64,000 bases of DNA from a virus: positions 1 through 64,000 of IMG/VR virus record IMGVR_UViG_3300047322_000252; one strand, 5' to 3'. A program made the position numbers and the translations under genes. Shown piece after piece: positions 27,872 through 36,102 of the stretch (position 1 is the first letter of the stretch; each line of letters begins with the position of its first letter). A model generated the notes under the pieces. That model worked only from the letters and a program-made list of their open reading frames with translations. It was not told the origin of the DNA and made no database searches.

Positions 27872-28597
27872 GTGCGCACACGCCTCATCGCTCCCCTGGC
27901 CATCGTTCTCCTCGTAGCAGCAGTTCTCGTTGCGGGGTTGGCCACTGGGGGCGACGGAGGAGTCAGGGTGCAAGCCGGTGATCTGCTTTCGGGCACGACC
28001 ACGACCCAGACCCCCGTCACCACGTCCGAAGCGACATCCACCGTGCCCATTATGGCCCCGATCCCCGTTGTGACAACTGTGGCCACGACGGTGCCCGTAA
28101 CCGAACCAACAACGGTGGCGCCGCCGCCCGAGCCAACAGCGGCACCACCAGCGGAGAACGTAGCTGCGGCTGAGGTCCCGGCTGCGGCTCCTGTCCCTGA
28201 GGCAGTCGTGCCGGACGCCACCCAGCCAGCGGTGCGCACCGGCACTGTCTGCACCACCGACCCGGACTACTGCAATCCACCGGCCACCGCAGCGGTACCG
28301 GGGTGGGCGCAGTGCCCGGAGTACTACCAGATGGCGCTCGACGTCGGCTGGCCCGAGAGTCAGATGCGTACGGTGATGTACGTGATGAACCGGGAGTCGA
28401 GATGCAACCCCGGCGCCACCGGGAGCAACGTCCACGGCAAGCACGCCCAGGGCCTCATGCAGTTGTTGGGCTGGTCGTGTCCACCGAACGGGTGCTACGA
28501 CCCCTGGAGCAACCTGTCCAAGGCGCTCGATCTGTGGCAGTCCTCGGGGTGGCGCCCCTGGTGCTTACGGGGCGACCGGGTCACCGGCTCCTGTTAG
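27872..28597 (+). CDS. Secreted lytic transglycosylase (SLT/Rpf-like) with Pro/Thr linker
   Basis: Signal/anchor helix; RESRCNPGA, GLMQL, GWRPW motifs. Confidence 0.85.
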   Translation: MRTRLIAPLAIVLLVAAVLVAGLATGGDGGVRVQAGDLLSGTTTTQTPVTTSEATSTVPIMAPIPVVTTVATTVPVTEPTTVAPPPEPTAAPPAENVAAAEVPAAAPVPEAVVPDATQPAVRTGTVCTTDPDYCNPPATAAVPGWAQCPEYYQMALDVGWPESQMRTVMYVMNRESRCNPGATGSNVHGKHAQGLMQLLGWSCPPNGCYDPWSNLSKALDLWQSSGWRPWCLRGDRVTGSC

Positions 28598-28607
28598 CTT
28601 CCGAACC

Positions 28608-28916
28608 ATGGACGTCCCCGAAGACTTCATCGCCAAGGTGGTTGGTTGCGGCATCGGTATCTCGTTCTTCGAGGGCGAGCTAGAGCCGGTGATCACGATC
28701 TCGTGGCAGCCGATCGAGGGGAACCCCATCCAGATCGCCATCTCGCCCGAGCACCTGGAGGGCATGCTCCCCGAGTTCATCGGGGCCTGCATCCGGGCCA
28801 GGACCGTGGCCGAGATGACGACGACGTACCCTGAGAAGCGGGACGAGATCATCCAGAACCTCATGTTCCGCTGGACAGGCACGATCGTGGAGGACACGAA
28901 TGGCGAAGGGACGTAG
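28608..28916 (+). CDS. Hypothetical protein
   Basis: 102-aa ORF with typical codon usage. Confidence 0.65.
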   Translation: MDVPEDFIAKVVGCGIGISFFEGELEPVITISWQPIEGNPIQIAISPEHLEGMLPEFIGACIRARTVAEMTTTYPEKRDEIIQNLMFRWTGTIVEDTNGEGT

Positions 28917-29334
28917 GGAGTCACCAGGCCAGCAGTCGCTCTTCCCGGCCCCGGCCAACACCAAGGGGCGGCGCCGTCATGGCGCCACCGCCAAGTCCTC
29001 GGACATGGGCGGGGCCGCAGGCGACCTGGACACCACCAGTGCCCGGCGCAGGGTCCACGAGGCCGTCACCACGTTCGAGGACCCGCTGGAGGACTGGGAG
29101 TACCACTCCTTCGGCTCCAGTCGTGTGAACGCCGCCCGCTACAGCGCCTCCCGGCGCCAGTTGCTGGTCGATTGGGCCAACGCCCCTGGTGGGACCCCCT
29201 ATCCGCCCTACATCTACGACGCCGTGCCCCCGGCCGTCTGGACCGGCTTCCGGACGGCTGGGTCGGCGGGCAGCTACGTCAACTCGACGCTCAACACCTT
29301 CCCCTACCGCCCGGCGCCCGGCGAGTACGTCTGA
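28900..29334 (+). CDS. KTSC domain protein
   Basis: SSRVNAARY...YIYDAVPPAVW.GF..AGSAGSYVN. Confidence 0.8.
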   Translation: MAKGRRESPGQQSLFPAPANTKGRRRHGATAKSSDMGGAAGDLDTTSARRRVHEAVTTFEDPLEDWEYHSFGSSRVNAARYSASRRQLLVDWANAPGGTPYPPYIYDAVPPAVWTGFRTAGSAGSYVNSTLNTFPYRPAPGEYV

Positions 29335-29826
29335 TGATGCGGATCAAGGGCGTCGGCCCTGTGTACGTGGGGTATGAGCGCTGGACCGAGGAGCGGCAGC
29401 GCATCTCCCGGCCCTGGTTCCGGGAACTGACACCTCCCTGGCGCATGAGCAAGCGGGGCTGGCGGCTCCGGATCGGCCACCGGGCCTTCCAGATCGGGTG
29501 GTGCGAGAAGCGGCCACTTGCGGAGGAGCCTTCGGCGTTGTCACAGTTGGGGGGATATGACCTGGATGTGACCCCCGACCAGATCGGAGCGTGGGGCCGT
29601 GACGCTTCGCCGCCAGAGGGACCGACAGCCGCCTGACCCTGTCAGTGTCAATGCTCGTCTTGTTCGGGTACCGACTGCGGATCTGCACGAGATAGCCGAG
29701 ACGCAGATCATGATGGCGGGGCAGTACCTGTCCCAGTGGGCCAACGGGGAACCCCTGGCGATCGAACAGGCGATCGATCAGGTGGAGCAGGCGCTGGAAG
29801 TGCTACGTGCTCTCCGAACCCGTTAA
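29334..29826 (+). CDS. Two hypothetical genes (29334-29636; 29599-29826)
   Basis: Overlapping ORFs. Confidence 0.6.
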
Positions 29827-30061
29827 GTGGTGGGACTTCGCCAGTTGCCGTGGCCTCGACCCCGAACTCTTCTACCCCGAGCCGTACACCGACCCGAAGG
29901 AGGCCAAGGAGGTGTGCAGAGCGTGTCCCGTCCAGGTCGTGTGTCTGGAGTGGGCGTTGTCGCATCGGGAGAAGCACGGCGTGTGGGGCGGTGAGTCAGA
30001 GGCTGGGCGAAGACGCATCCTGCGCCGCCGAGGCACTGACACTGACAACGGTTCCGAATGA
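29807..30061 (+). CDS. whiB: WhiB-family transcription factor
   Basis: ASCRGLDPELFYP...AKEVCRACPVQVVCLEWAL...GVWGGESE.RR. Confidence 0.95.
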   Translation: MLSEPVKWWDFASCRGLDPELFYPEPYTDPKEAKEVCRACPVQVVCLEWALSHREKHGVWGGESEAGRRRILRRRGTDTDNGSE

Positions 30062-30073
30062 TAAGTTCCGGCC

Positions 30074-30379
30074 ATGAGGCCAAACGGGAAGACCCTGCAC
30101 GAGGTCGCTGATGCGATCAACGCTCTGTTCGATCGGTACGGGCTTGACCATCCCGTCGTCGCTGTGAAGGAGACGCTGCCGATCCGTCTCGATGTGCGAG
30201 AGAACGAGCCGGACCCGATGAAGTGGCGGGCTGCCGAGCGGGCCATGCCCGCCGACTGCATCGTGTTGGAGAACTGCGATGACGTCCCGGCCATGGAGTT
30301 ACTGCTGACCACGCTCACGTACATCTTCGACGTCTACTTCGAGGTGCAGCCGCCGTCCGAGCAGCGTCGCCTCTTCTGA
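30074..30379 (+). CDS. Hypothetical protein
   Basis: 101-aa ORF. Confidence 0.65.
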   Translation: MRPNGKTLHEVADAINALFDRYGLDHPVVAVKETLPIRLDVRENEPDPMKWRAAERAMPADCIVLENCDDVPAMELLLTTLTYIFDVYFEVQPPSEQRRLF

Positions 30380-30425
30380 TCCCGTTCCTGTTATCATCAC
30401 ACCGCCCCTGAGCCATAACGAAAGG

Positions 30426-30869
30426 ATGACGGTGGCCCAGACGAAGGACCCCATCAAGAAGCTCCAACAGGACATGGGGGCGTTGCGAACTCGTGTCGAG
30501 ACGCTGGAGAGCGAGAGGCCGGGGCGCAAGCCCAAGCCGTTGCTGGCGATCAAGCAGCGAGACGTGTGCGCCATCGACCCCGACAGCGACTCCTCGGTGT
30601 GCCCCTGGTCCAGCATCTACCGCTACCAGTCCGGCTGCTGGGGCACGCTGTGCCGGGCCAAGCAGCATGAAGCGTATGAACGTCGCAAGACGGCACGCTC
30701 CAACGGCAAGGTCAAGGCGGTCGCTGTGAAGGTGCGACCAGTGCGACCAACGTCGTCAACGGCGAAGAAGATCGTGGCGGCGGCACCCGTCAAGAAGATC
30801 GTGAAGAAGACGCCCGCCAAGGCCACCAAGGCCCCGGCGAAGCGCACCGTGAAACGCATGGCCTCGTAG
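30426..30869 (+). CDS. Coiled-coil/Cys protein with histone-like Lys/Ala tail
   Basis: GAAAGG RBS; four Cys; KKIVKKTPAKATKAPAKR. Confidence 0.75.
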   Translation: MTVAQTKDPIKKLQQDMGALRTRVETLESERPGRKPKPLLAIKQRDVCAIDPDSDSSVCPWSSIYRYQSGCWGTLCRAKQHEAYERRKTARSNGKVKAVAVKVRPVRPTSSTAKKIVAAAPVKKIVKKTPAKATKAPAKRTVKRMAS

Positions 30870-31177
30870 TGCTACCGATCGGTGGGTCTGGGCCACCATC
30901 GATCCCAGTGGGCACAGGGAAGCATCACCTGGAGCAAATCGAGCCGTTCCGCCTGGTCAACCTGGACGCCGCAGCGTTCGACTGGTTGTGGCGGATGACC
31001 GAGCAGAAGGCTCGCCAGCATCAGCAGGAGGCCAAGGAGCGGGGCGGCATCCACGAGCTACAGGCGCAGGTCAGTCTGCATGCGGTCCTCGCCTTCCGGG
31101 AGGCGGCGGGGACCCTGAACAACACGCCGCCACCAGGAACGAAGGTCATCCGAAGGCGGGTTGTAAAGAAGTCCTAG
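30869..31177 (+). CDS. Hypothetical protein with basic tail
   Basis: ORF ends KVIRRRVVKKS. Confidence 0.6.
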   Translation: MLPIGGSGPPSIPVGTGKHHLEQIEPFRLVNLDAAAFDWLWRMTEQKARQHQQEAKERGGIHELQAQVSLHAVLAFREAAGTLNNTPPPGTKVIRRRVVKKS

Positions 31178-31336
31178 GTCCGGTAACATGTACACAGCAG
31201 CAGACGGGTCTGTCAGGGGTCCCCTGCTCAGGTTCGAGAGGGCGCCACTCCACTGCGGGGGGCGCCCTCTCCTCGTTGTAGGGTGCGGCCCGAGTCGGGG
31301 GGTCGTCCGGGTCACAGCGGTGGTCCCCCTTCTCGC

Positions 31337-31410
31337 CGGGGTGTAGATCAGTTGGTTAGATCGCAGGTCTGGGGGACCTGAGGGCGTGGGTTCGAGTCCC
31401 ACCACCCCGA
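31337..31410 (+). tRNA. tRNA-Pro(GGG), CCA not encoded
   Basis: Full cloverleaf: CGGGGTG/CACCCCG, GATC/GATC, CAGGT-CTGGGGG-ACCTG, GTGGG-TTCGAGT-CCCAC. Confidence 0.93.
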
Positions 31411-31431
31411 CTAAGGTTCCGAATCAGGTAC

Positions 31432-31505
31432 GGGGCCATAGCTCAGCCAGGTAGAGCGCCGCCATGGCATGGCGGATGTCAGGGGTTCAACTCCCCTTGG
31501 CTCCA
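31432..31505 (+). tRNA. tRNA-Ala(GGC), CCA not encoded
   Basis: Full cloverleaf: GGGGCCA/TGGCTCC with G3-U70, GCTC/GAGC, CCGCC-ATGGCAT-GGCGG, AGGGG-TTCAACT-CCCCT. Confidence 0.95.
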
Positions 31506-31507
31506 CG

Positions 31508-31846
31508 ATGAACGAGATCGCAGTAGACGACGTGATCGCCATGGCCCTGCCTGTCGGTGTCCGCATGGACGACAAGCACATCAATCGCAACGCCACCGCC
31601 GTGGCGCAGAAGACGGTGTGGGACCAGTGGCCCGAGGGCCAGGGTCCGGCCATGATCCAGTTCGATCCCATCGAGTGGAAGCTCACCCGGGACCCGGCCG
31701 AGGTGGAGGCCTTCCAGCCTGCACACGATTGTGAACAGTGTCGGGAGGGCAACGAGAAGGCCAAGCGCTTCTTGGAGGAGTATCCGGATCGCTGGGTACT
31801 GCTGGGCAACATCCACTACGTGGAGATGTGGCCCGATCCGAACTAA
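31508..31846 (+). CDS. Hypothetical protein
   Basis: ORF directly after tRNA-Ala; HDCEQC. Confidence 0.6.
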   Translation: MNEIAVDDVIAMALPVGVRMDDKHINRNATAVAQKTVWDQWPEGQGPAMIQFDPIEWKLTRDPAEVEAFQPAHDCEQCREGNEKAKRFLEEYPDRWVLLGNIHYVEMWPDPN

Positions 31847-31895
31847 CAGGAGAGGGGCGCTGGACGGCACCGTCAAGGCACCACGCCCCCGAGCG

Positions 31896-32150
31896 TTACG
31901 CCTTCACGAAGCGCCACCAGCGCCCGTGGGCTGACTGGTTGGCCTCGCTGACGACGCTCGTCGCCCTCTCGATCTGCCTGCCGTACGAGTCGGTCTTGGT
32001 GCTGTCACCGCTCACGTAGATCAGGTTGATCGAAGGCATCGCATTGGCGGGGCCGTGTACTGCGGTCACCAGACCGAGGTACGGACGGCCGTACTCATCG
32101 AAGTACTCGATGGAGTCGCCAACGCTGATCTCCTGCTGTTGTGTGCTCAT
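31896..32150 (-). CDS. Small SH3-like hypothetical protein
   Basis: AAGGAGGT RBS; VGD.I.Y...GLVTAVH pattern. Confidence 0.7.
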   Translation of the reverse strand: MSTQQQEISVGDSIEYFDEYGRPYLGLVTAVHGPANAMPSINLIYVSGDSTKTDSYGRQIERATSVVSEANQSAHGRWWRFVKA

Positions 32151-32189
32151 GTTCACCTCCTTCCGTGGTCGCTCGCTACTGTAGGTGTT

Positions 32190-33791
32190 GTGACGACCCT
32201 CTACGAGGAACTGCCCCCGGAGCTACAGGCTCCAGCGGAGGACGACTTCCTCGATGAGGACGAGGACCAGCCGTTCGACCCGGACCCCTTGGAGGAAGAG
32301 GAGCTAGACGAGTCCACCAAGGAGTTCGTGGACAAGCTCGTCAAGCGCTGCATCCTCTTCGTGGAGGAGTTCAACCAGGTCGAGTTCTACCCGTACCAGC
32401 GGGAGTTGTCATATCGCATCATCCAGAGCCTGGTCCTCCACGACGCTGAGGAGATCACCGGCCTCGTGTCCCGCCAGGCGGGGAAGACCGAGACGCTGGC
32501 CAACACCTTCGCCGGGTGCATGGTGCTGTTCCCCAAGCTGGCCCTCTCCTTCGAGTTGCTGGCTCGCTTCAAGAAGGGCTTATGGGTCGGGTGCTTCGCT
32601 CCCACCGAGGACCAGTCCGAGACGCTGCACGGCCGCATCGTGGAGCGCTTGACCAGCGACGCCGCCACCGAGTTCATGATGGACCCGGAGATCGATGACG
32701 AGGTCAAGGGCAAGGGCAAGCTCATCCGGTTGAAGAACGGCTCGATCGCCCGGCGCCAGACCTGTAACCCGAAGGCGAAGATCGAGGGCAAGACCTACCA
32801 CGTGATCGTCATAGACGAAGCCCAGGACGCCAGCGAGGACGTGGTGCGCAAGTCGGTCCATCCCATGATGGCCGCTACCGCTGGCTCCATGGTGAAGATC
32901 GGCACGCCCTCCTACATCAAGGGCGACTTCTACCGGGCCATCCAGTTGAACAAGCGGCGCATGGCGGGACGGGGTCGTCGGCAGAACCACTTTGAGTACA
33001 ACTACAAGATCGTCAGCAAGTACAACCCGGACTACGCCCGCTACATCGTCCAGGAGAAGCTGCGGCTGGGTGAGGACTCCGACGAGTTCCAGATGAGTTA
33101 TAACATCAAGTGGTTGTTAGAACAGGGCCAGTTCGTCACCGACGAGGTGATGGACGGCCTGATGGACCCCAGCATGCCGCTGGTGCGCTCCTGGTTCCGC
33201 AGCCCGGTGGTGGTGGGCATCGACCCGGCCCGCATCAAGGACTCCACGGTGGTGACGGTGTGCTGGGTGGATTGGGACTTCCCCGACGCCTTCGGCTTCC
33301 GTGAGCATCGCATCCTCAACTGGCTCGAACTGCACAACATGCCGTGGGAGGAGCAGTACTTCCAGATCGCTGACTTCCTGGACAACTACCGGCTGAGCTA
33401 CATCGCCGTGGACGCTCAGGCGATGGGCAGCGCCGTGGCCGAGCGCTTGCAGGTGCTGTTCGGTTCTCGGGCCGAGGTGATCCCGATGGGGTCTGACACC
33501 AAGGCCCAGGGCATCCGCTGGAAGAACCTCCAGACCCTGCTCGACAGGCGTCTGCTGGTGTATCCGGGCCACTCCAAGGCCCGCCGTACTCGTGTCTGGA
33601 AGAGGTTCCGGCGCCAGATGGCTGACGTCATCAAGGTGTTCCGAGCAGGGCAAATGCTGGTTGAGGCGCCCAACGAGGCCGAGGCCCACGACGACTACGT
33701 GGACTCGATCGCACTGGCCTGTGCGGCCTCCATGATTGAGGCCACACCAGAGGTCGAGGTGATCGAGTCACCCTTCTACAGCAGGAGGTAA
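32190..33791 (+). CDS. terL: Terminase large subunit
   Basis: SRQAGKT Walker A, VIVIDEAQD Walker B, GIDPAR and HDDYVDS nuclease motifs. Confidence 0.95.
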   Translation: MTTLYEELPPELQAPAEDDFLDEDEDQPFDPDPLEEEELDESTKEFVDKLVKRCILFVEEFNQVEFYPYQRELSYRIIQSLVLHDAEEITGLVSRQAGKTETLANTFAGCMVLFPKLALSFELLARFKKGLWVGCFAPTEDQSETLHGRIVERLTSDAATEFMMDPEIDDEVKGKGKLIRLKNGSIARRQTCNPKAKIEGKTYHVIVIDEAQDASEDVVRKSVHPMMAATAGSMVKIGTPSYIKGDFYRAIQLNKRRMAGRGRRQNHFEYNYKIVSKYNPDYARYIVQEKLRLGEDSDEFQMSYNIKWLLEQGQFVTDEVMDGLMDPSMPLVRSWFRSPVVVGIDPARIKDSTVVTVCWVDWDFPDAFGFREHRILNWLELHNMPWEEQYFQIADFLDNYRLSYIAVDAQAMGSAVAERLQVLFGSRAEVIPMGSDTKAQGIRWKNLQTLLDRRLLVYPGHSKARRTRVWKRFRRQMADVIKVFRAGQMLVEAPNEAEAHDDYVDSIALACAASMIEATPEVEVIESPFYSRR

Positions 33792-33851
33792 CCCATCTTG
33801 CTGCGACAACGTGCTTAACATGGCGCCGACCGCCACCCCTTGGAGGTAGCT

Positions 33852-34531
33852 ATGGGCCTTGCCCCCGTTCCCCCGCTGGGACCCGAGAAGTTCCGGGGCG
33901 CCCAGTACGAGACAGATGTCGCTCAGAACGACCGGCGCCGTGGGCCGCTCCGCTTCGAGGAGGGCATCGCCACCGACACCGACGTGCCCCAGGACTTCCG
34001 GCGTGGTGCGTACGCCGACTGCGCCAACGAGCGGCCCGTCACCTGTGTCAAGGGTGCGGGCGAGACGCAGCGTGAGCGGGTCCACATGGGGTCGTCCACG
34101 TGGATCGAGGCGCCTGCCCTTCTGAGCGAGTTCGCCCATGGTGCCCAGATGTTCGGGCACGGCTTCGAGAGGGAGATGGGCGCCAACGCCATCCAGCGCC
34201 GCCCGAACCGGGCTGTCGTCACGGACTGATGCCGTACAGCCAGCCGTCCTCCCGCATGCGGGTCCTCGGGACTCAACTGCCGACCTCGCAGACGGTCCAT
34301 GACCGTGTGTACGGCCCGGCTCCGAGGGGACGGCCGGTTGTCATAGCACCGAAGAGCCTGGCGTTGAAGAAGGACGCCAGCCGCCCGCAGAACTTCCGTC
34401 TGCTCTGGCAGAAGATGAAGCCCGACGTCCTCCAGCGTGCTGAGGGGCTGATGGGCACCCACATGCCCCCGGCGTTGGAACCCGCTGCCCTGCGGGCCTA
34501 CAACACCAAGAAGCATCGGCTGGAGCACTGA
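33852..34531 (+). CDS. Two head-region hypothetical genes (33852-34229; 34229-34531)
   Basis: GGAGG RBS; TGATG overlap; lie between terminase and portal. Confidence 0.75.
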
Positions 34532-36102
34532 TGGTTGCTCGCAAGAAGCCACCTCCGGACAGCCGGGTCACCCCGCCGCCCGGTCGAGCACTGCGTACCG
34601 AGGATCTGACGCCCCAGGGGCGCAACAAGCTGGACCAGCGCATGTCCCGCCTGGGCAACGCCAAGACGGGCCAGCGCACCATCATGCGGCGCTTGGCCAA
34701 GCAGGCGGTGGACCCGAACGCCTCGGAGGAGACTCGGGACCAGTCGGCTCGTCGTCTGGTGACGCACAAGGCCATGAAGGCAGCCGGGGCCTTCGTGGAC
34801 CGTGACATCACCATGGAGAACGCTGTCGAGTCGCAGACGGGCTACGTCAACCGGGGCCGGGAGCGGGGGCATCGGGACTTCGAGTCTGGCCTGCCCGGTA
34901 TGCACACCGACCGCCGTCCCACTGACCGGCCGGTGATGGGCCTGAGTGATCTGGGCGCTGACTGGTACTTCGAGCACCACGGCAAGCTCGCTGGTGTCTC
35001 CAAGGAGACGGGCATCGACAAGGAGCGGGTGATCACCGGCTCCACGGTGATGTCACCACAGAACAACCCTGTGCAGGAACTGGCAGCGGTGCATGCGCTG
35101 GCTCGTGCTCACGCCGACCCCACGGCCCGGGTCAAGGTGTCACCGCAGGCGGTGGAGGAGTCTGAGGACAAGTCGATCGCTGACTGGACAGGCCGATCGG
35201 TCCACCCCGGCGAGATGCAGTCGCACCAGTTCGCTGCGTTGAAGGCGCCCAAGGTGCGGGGCCACGTCCAGACCGAGGGTGACGTGAACCTGGCTCCCAT
35301 GGCCAAGGGTGGCACCACCGAGAACGTCACCAAGTCGATCGACGTCCTGCGGGGCAACACGGCGCCCGAGGACGCCATCGATCCCCATGGGTCGCCCAAG
35401 GTCCACAGCTACCGAGAGGCCATCCGCTCTAGCGACCCCTCCGAGCAGCACGTCCACGAGGAGTTCCTGGGGCGCATGGACAACGTGCTGCGCCAGCTTC
35501 CAGGCCAGCAGCGCATGGACACCTTCGGCTTGAAATCCTCTACCGAGGGCATCCTGGACCCGCACCACCCCATCGCCAACGACACCTGGATGCAGGCGGC
35601 GCAGTCAGGCCAGCGGCCCGAGGTGGTGGACACCGGGCGGTCAGGCAAGGCTCGTTGGCAGTCTCCGGCCAAGTTCGGCGTAGGGGAAGCGGGGTCTGCC
35701 AACGAGAAGAAGCTCACCTCTGGTGGCATCGTCAAGGGTGGTTCGCCCGCCATGATCCGTCACGCCTGGGGCCAGGAGTCGGTGGAGCGCACCGGGGCTG
35801 AACTGGGCAAACGCAACGACGAGATCGTGCCCTCGGTGGGTGTCCAGGGCGTGGTGTGGACCGAGATTCGTCGTCAGGCCGGTGGGGGCAAGGACGCTGA
35901 GTACGAAGGTCGAGTGGCGGCACATCAGGCCAGCCAGCGGTCCCCGCTGCGTCCTGGCCGGGGCCAGAAGTCTCAGACCATGTTCCATGCTGGTGAAGGC
36001 GGTACCGAGACGGTCAATCCGGCTGCGGTGTTGTCACAGTCCCGGCAACTAGCCCTGCGGAAGACGGCTGCTCGTGGTGTGCAGGGAGAGTTGTTCGGGT
36101 GA
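34531..36102 (+). CDS. Alpha-helical DNA-glycosylase-like (HhH-GPD-related, DUF7178-type) protein
   Basis: WY...MSPQN...KVHSY...DTWM...VQGVVW motif order, recalled from that family. Confidence 0.5.
   Translation: MVARKKPPPDSRVTPPPGRALRTEDLTPQGRNKLDQRMSRLGNAKTGQRTIMRRLAKQAVDPNASEETRDQSARRLVTHKAMKAAGAFVDRDITMENAVESQTGYVNRGRERGHRDFESGLPGMHTDRRPTDRPVMGLSDLGADWYFEHHGKLAGVSKETGIDKERVITGSTVMSPQNNPVQELAAVHALARAHADPTARVKVSPQAVEESEDKSIADWTGRSVHPGEMQSHQFAALKAPKVRGHVQTEGDVNLAPMAKGGTTENVTKSIDVLRGNTAPEDAIDPHGSPKVHSYREAIRSSDPSEQHVHEEFLGRMDNVLRQLPGQQRMDTFGLKSSTEGILDPHHPIANDTWMQAAQSGQRPEVVDTGRSGKARWQSPAKFGVGEAGSANEKKLTSGGIVKGGSPAMIRHAWGQESVERTGAELGKRNDEIVPSVGVQGVVWTEIRRQAGGGKDAEYEGRVAAHQASQRSPLRPGRGQKSQTMFHAGEGGTETVNPAAVLSQSRQLALRKTAARGVQGELFG

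Noticed and set aside
31200-31336. Third tRNA upstream of tRNA-Pro
   Set aside because: Contains GGTTCGA and an 11-bp hairpin (GAGAGGGCGCC/GGCGCCCTCTC) but no T-stem or cloverleaf; more likely a precursor leader
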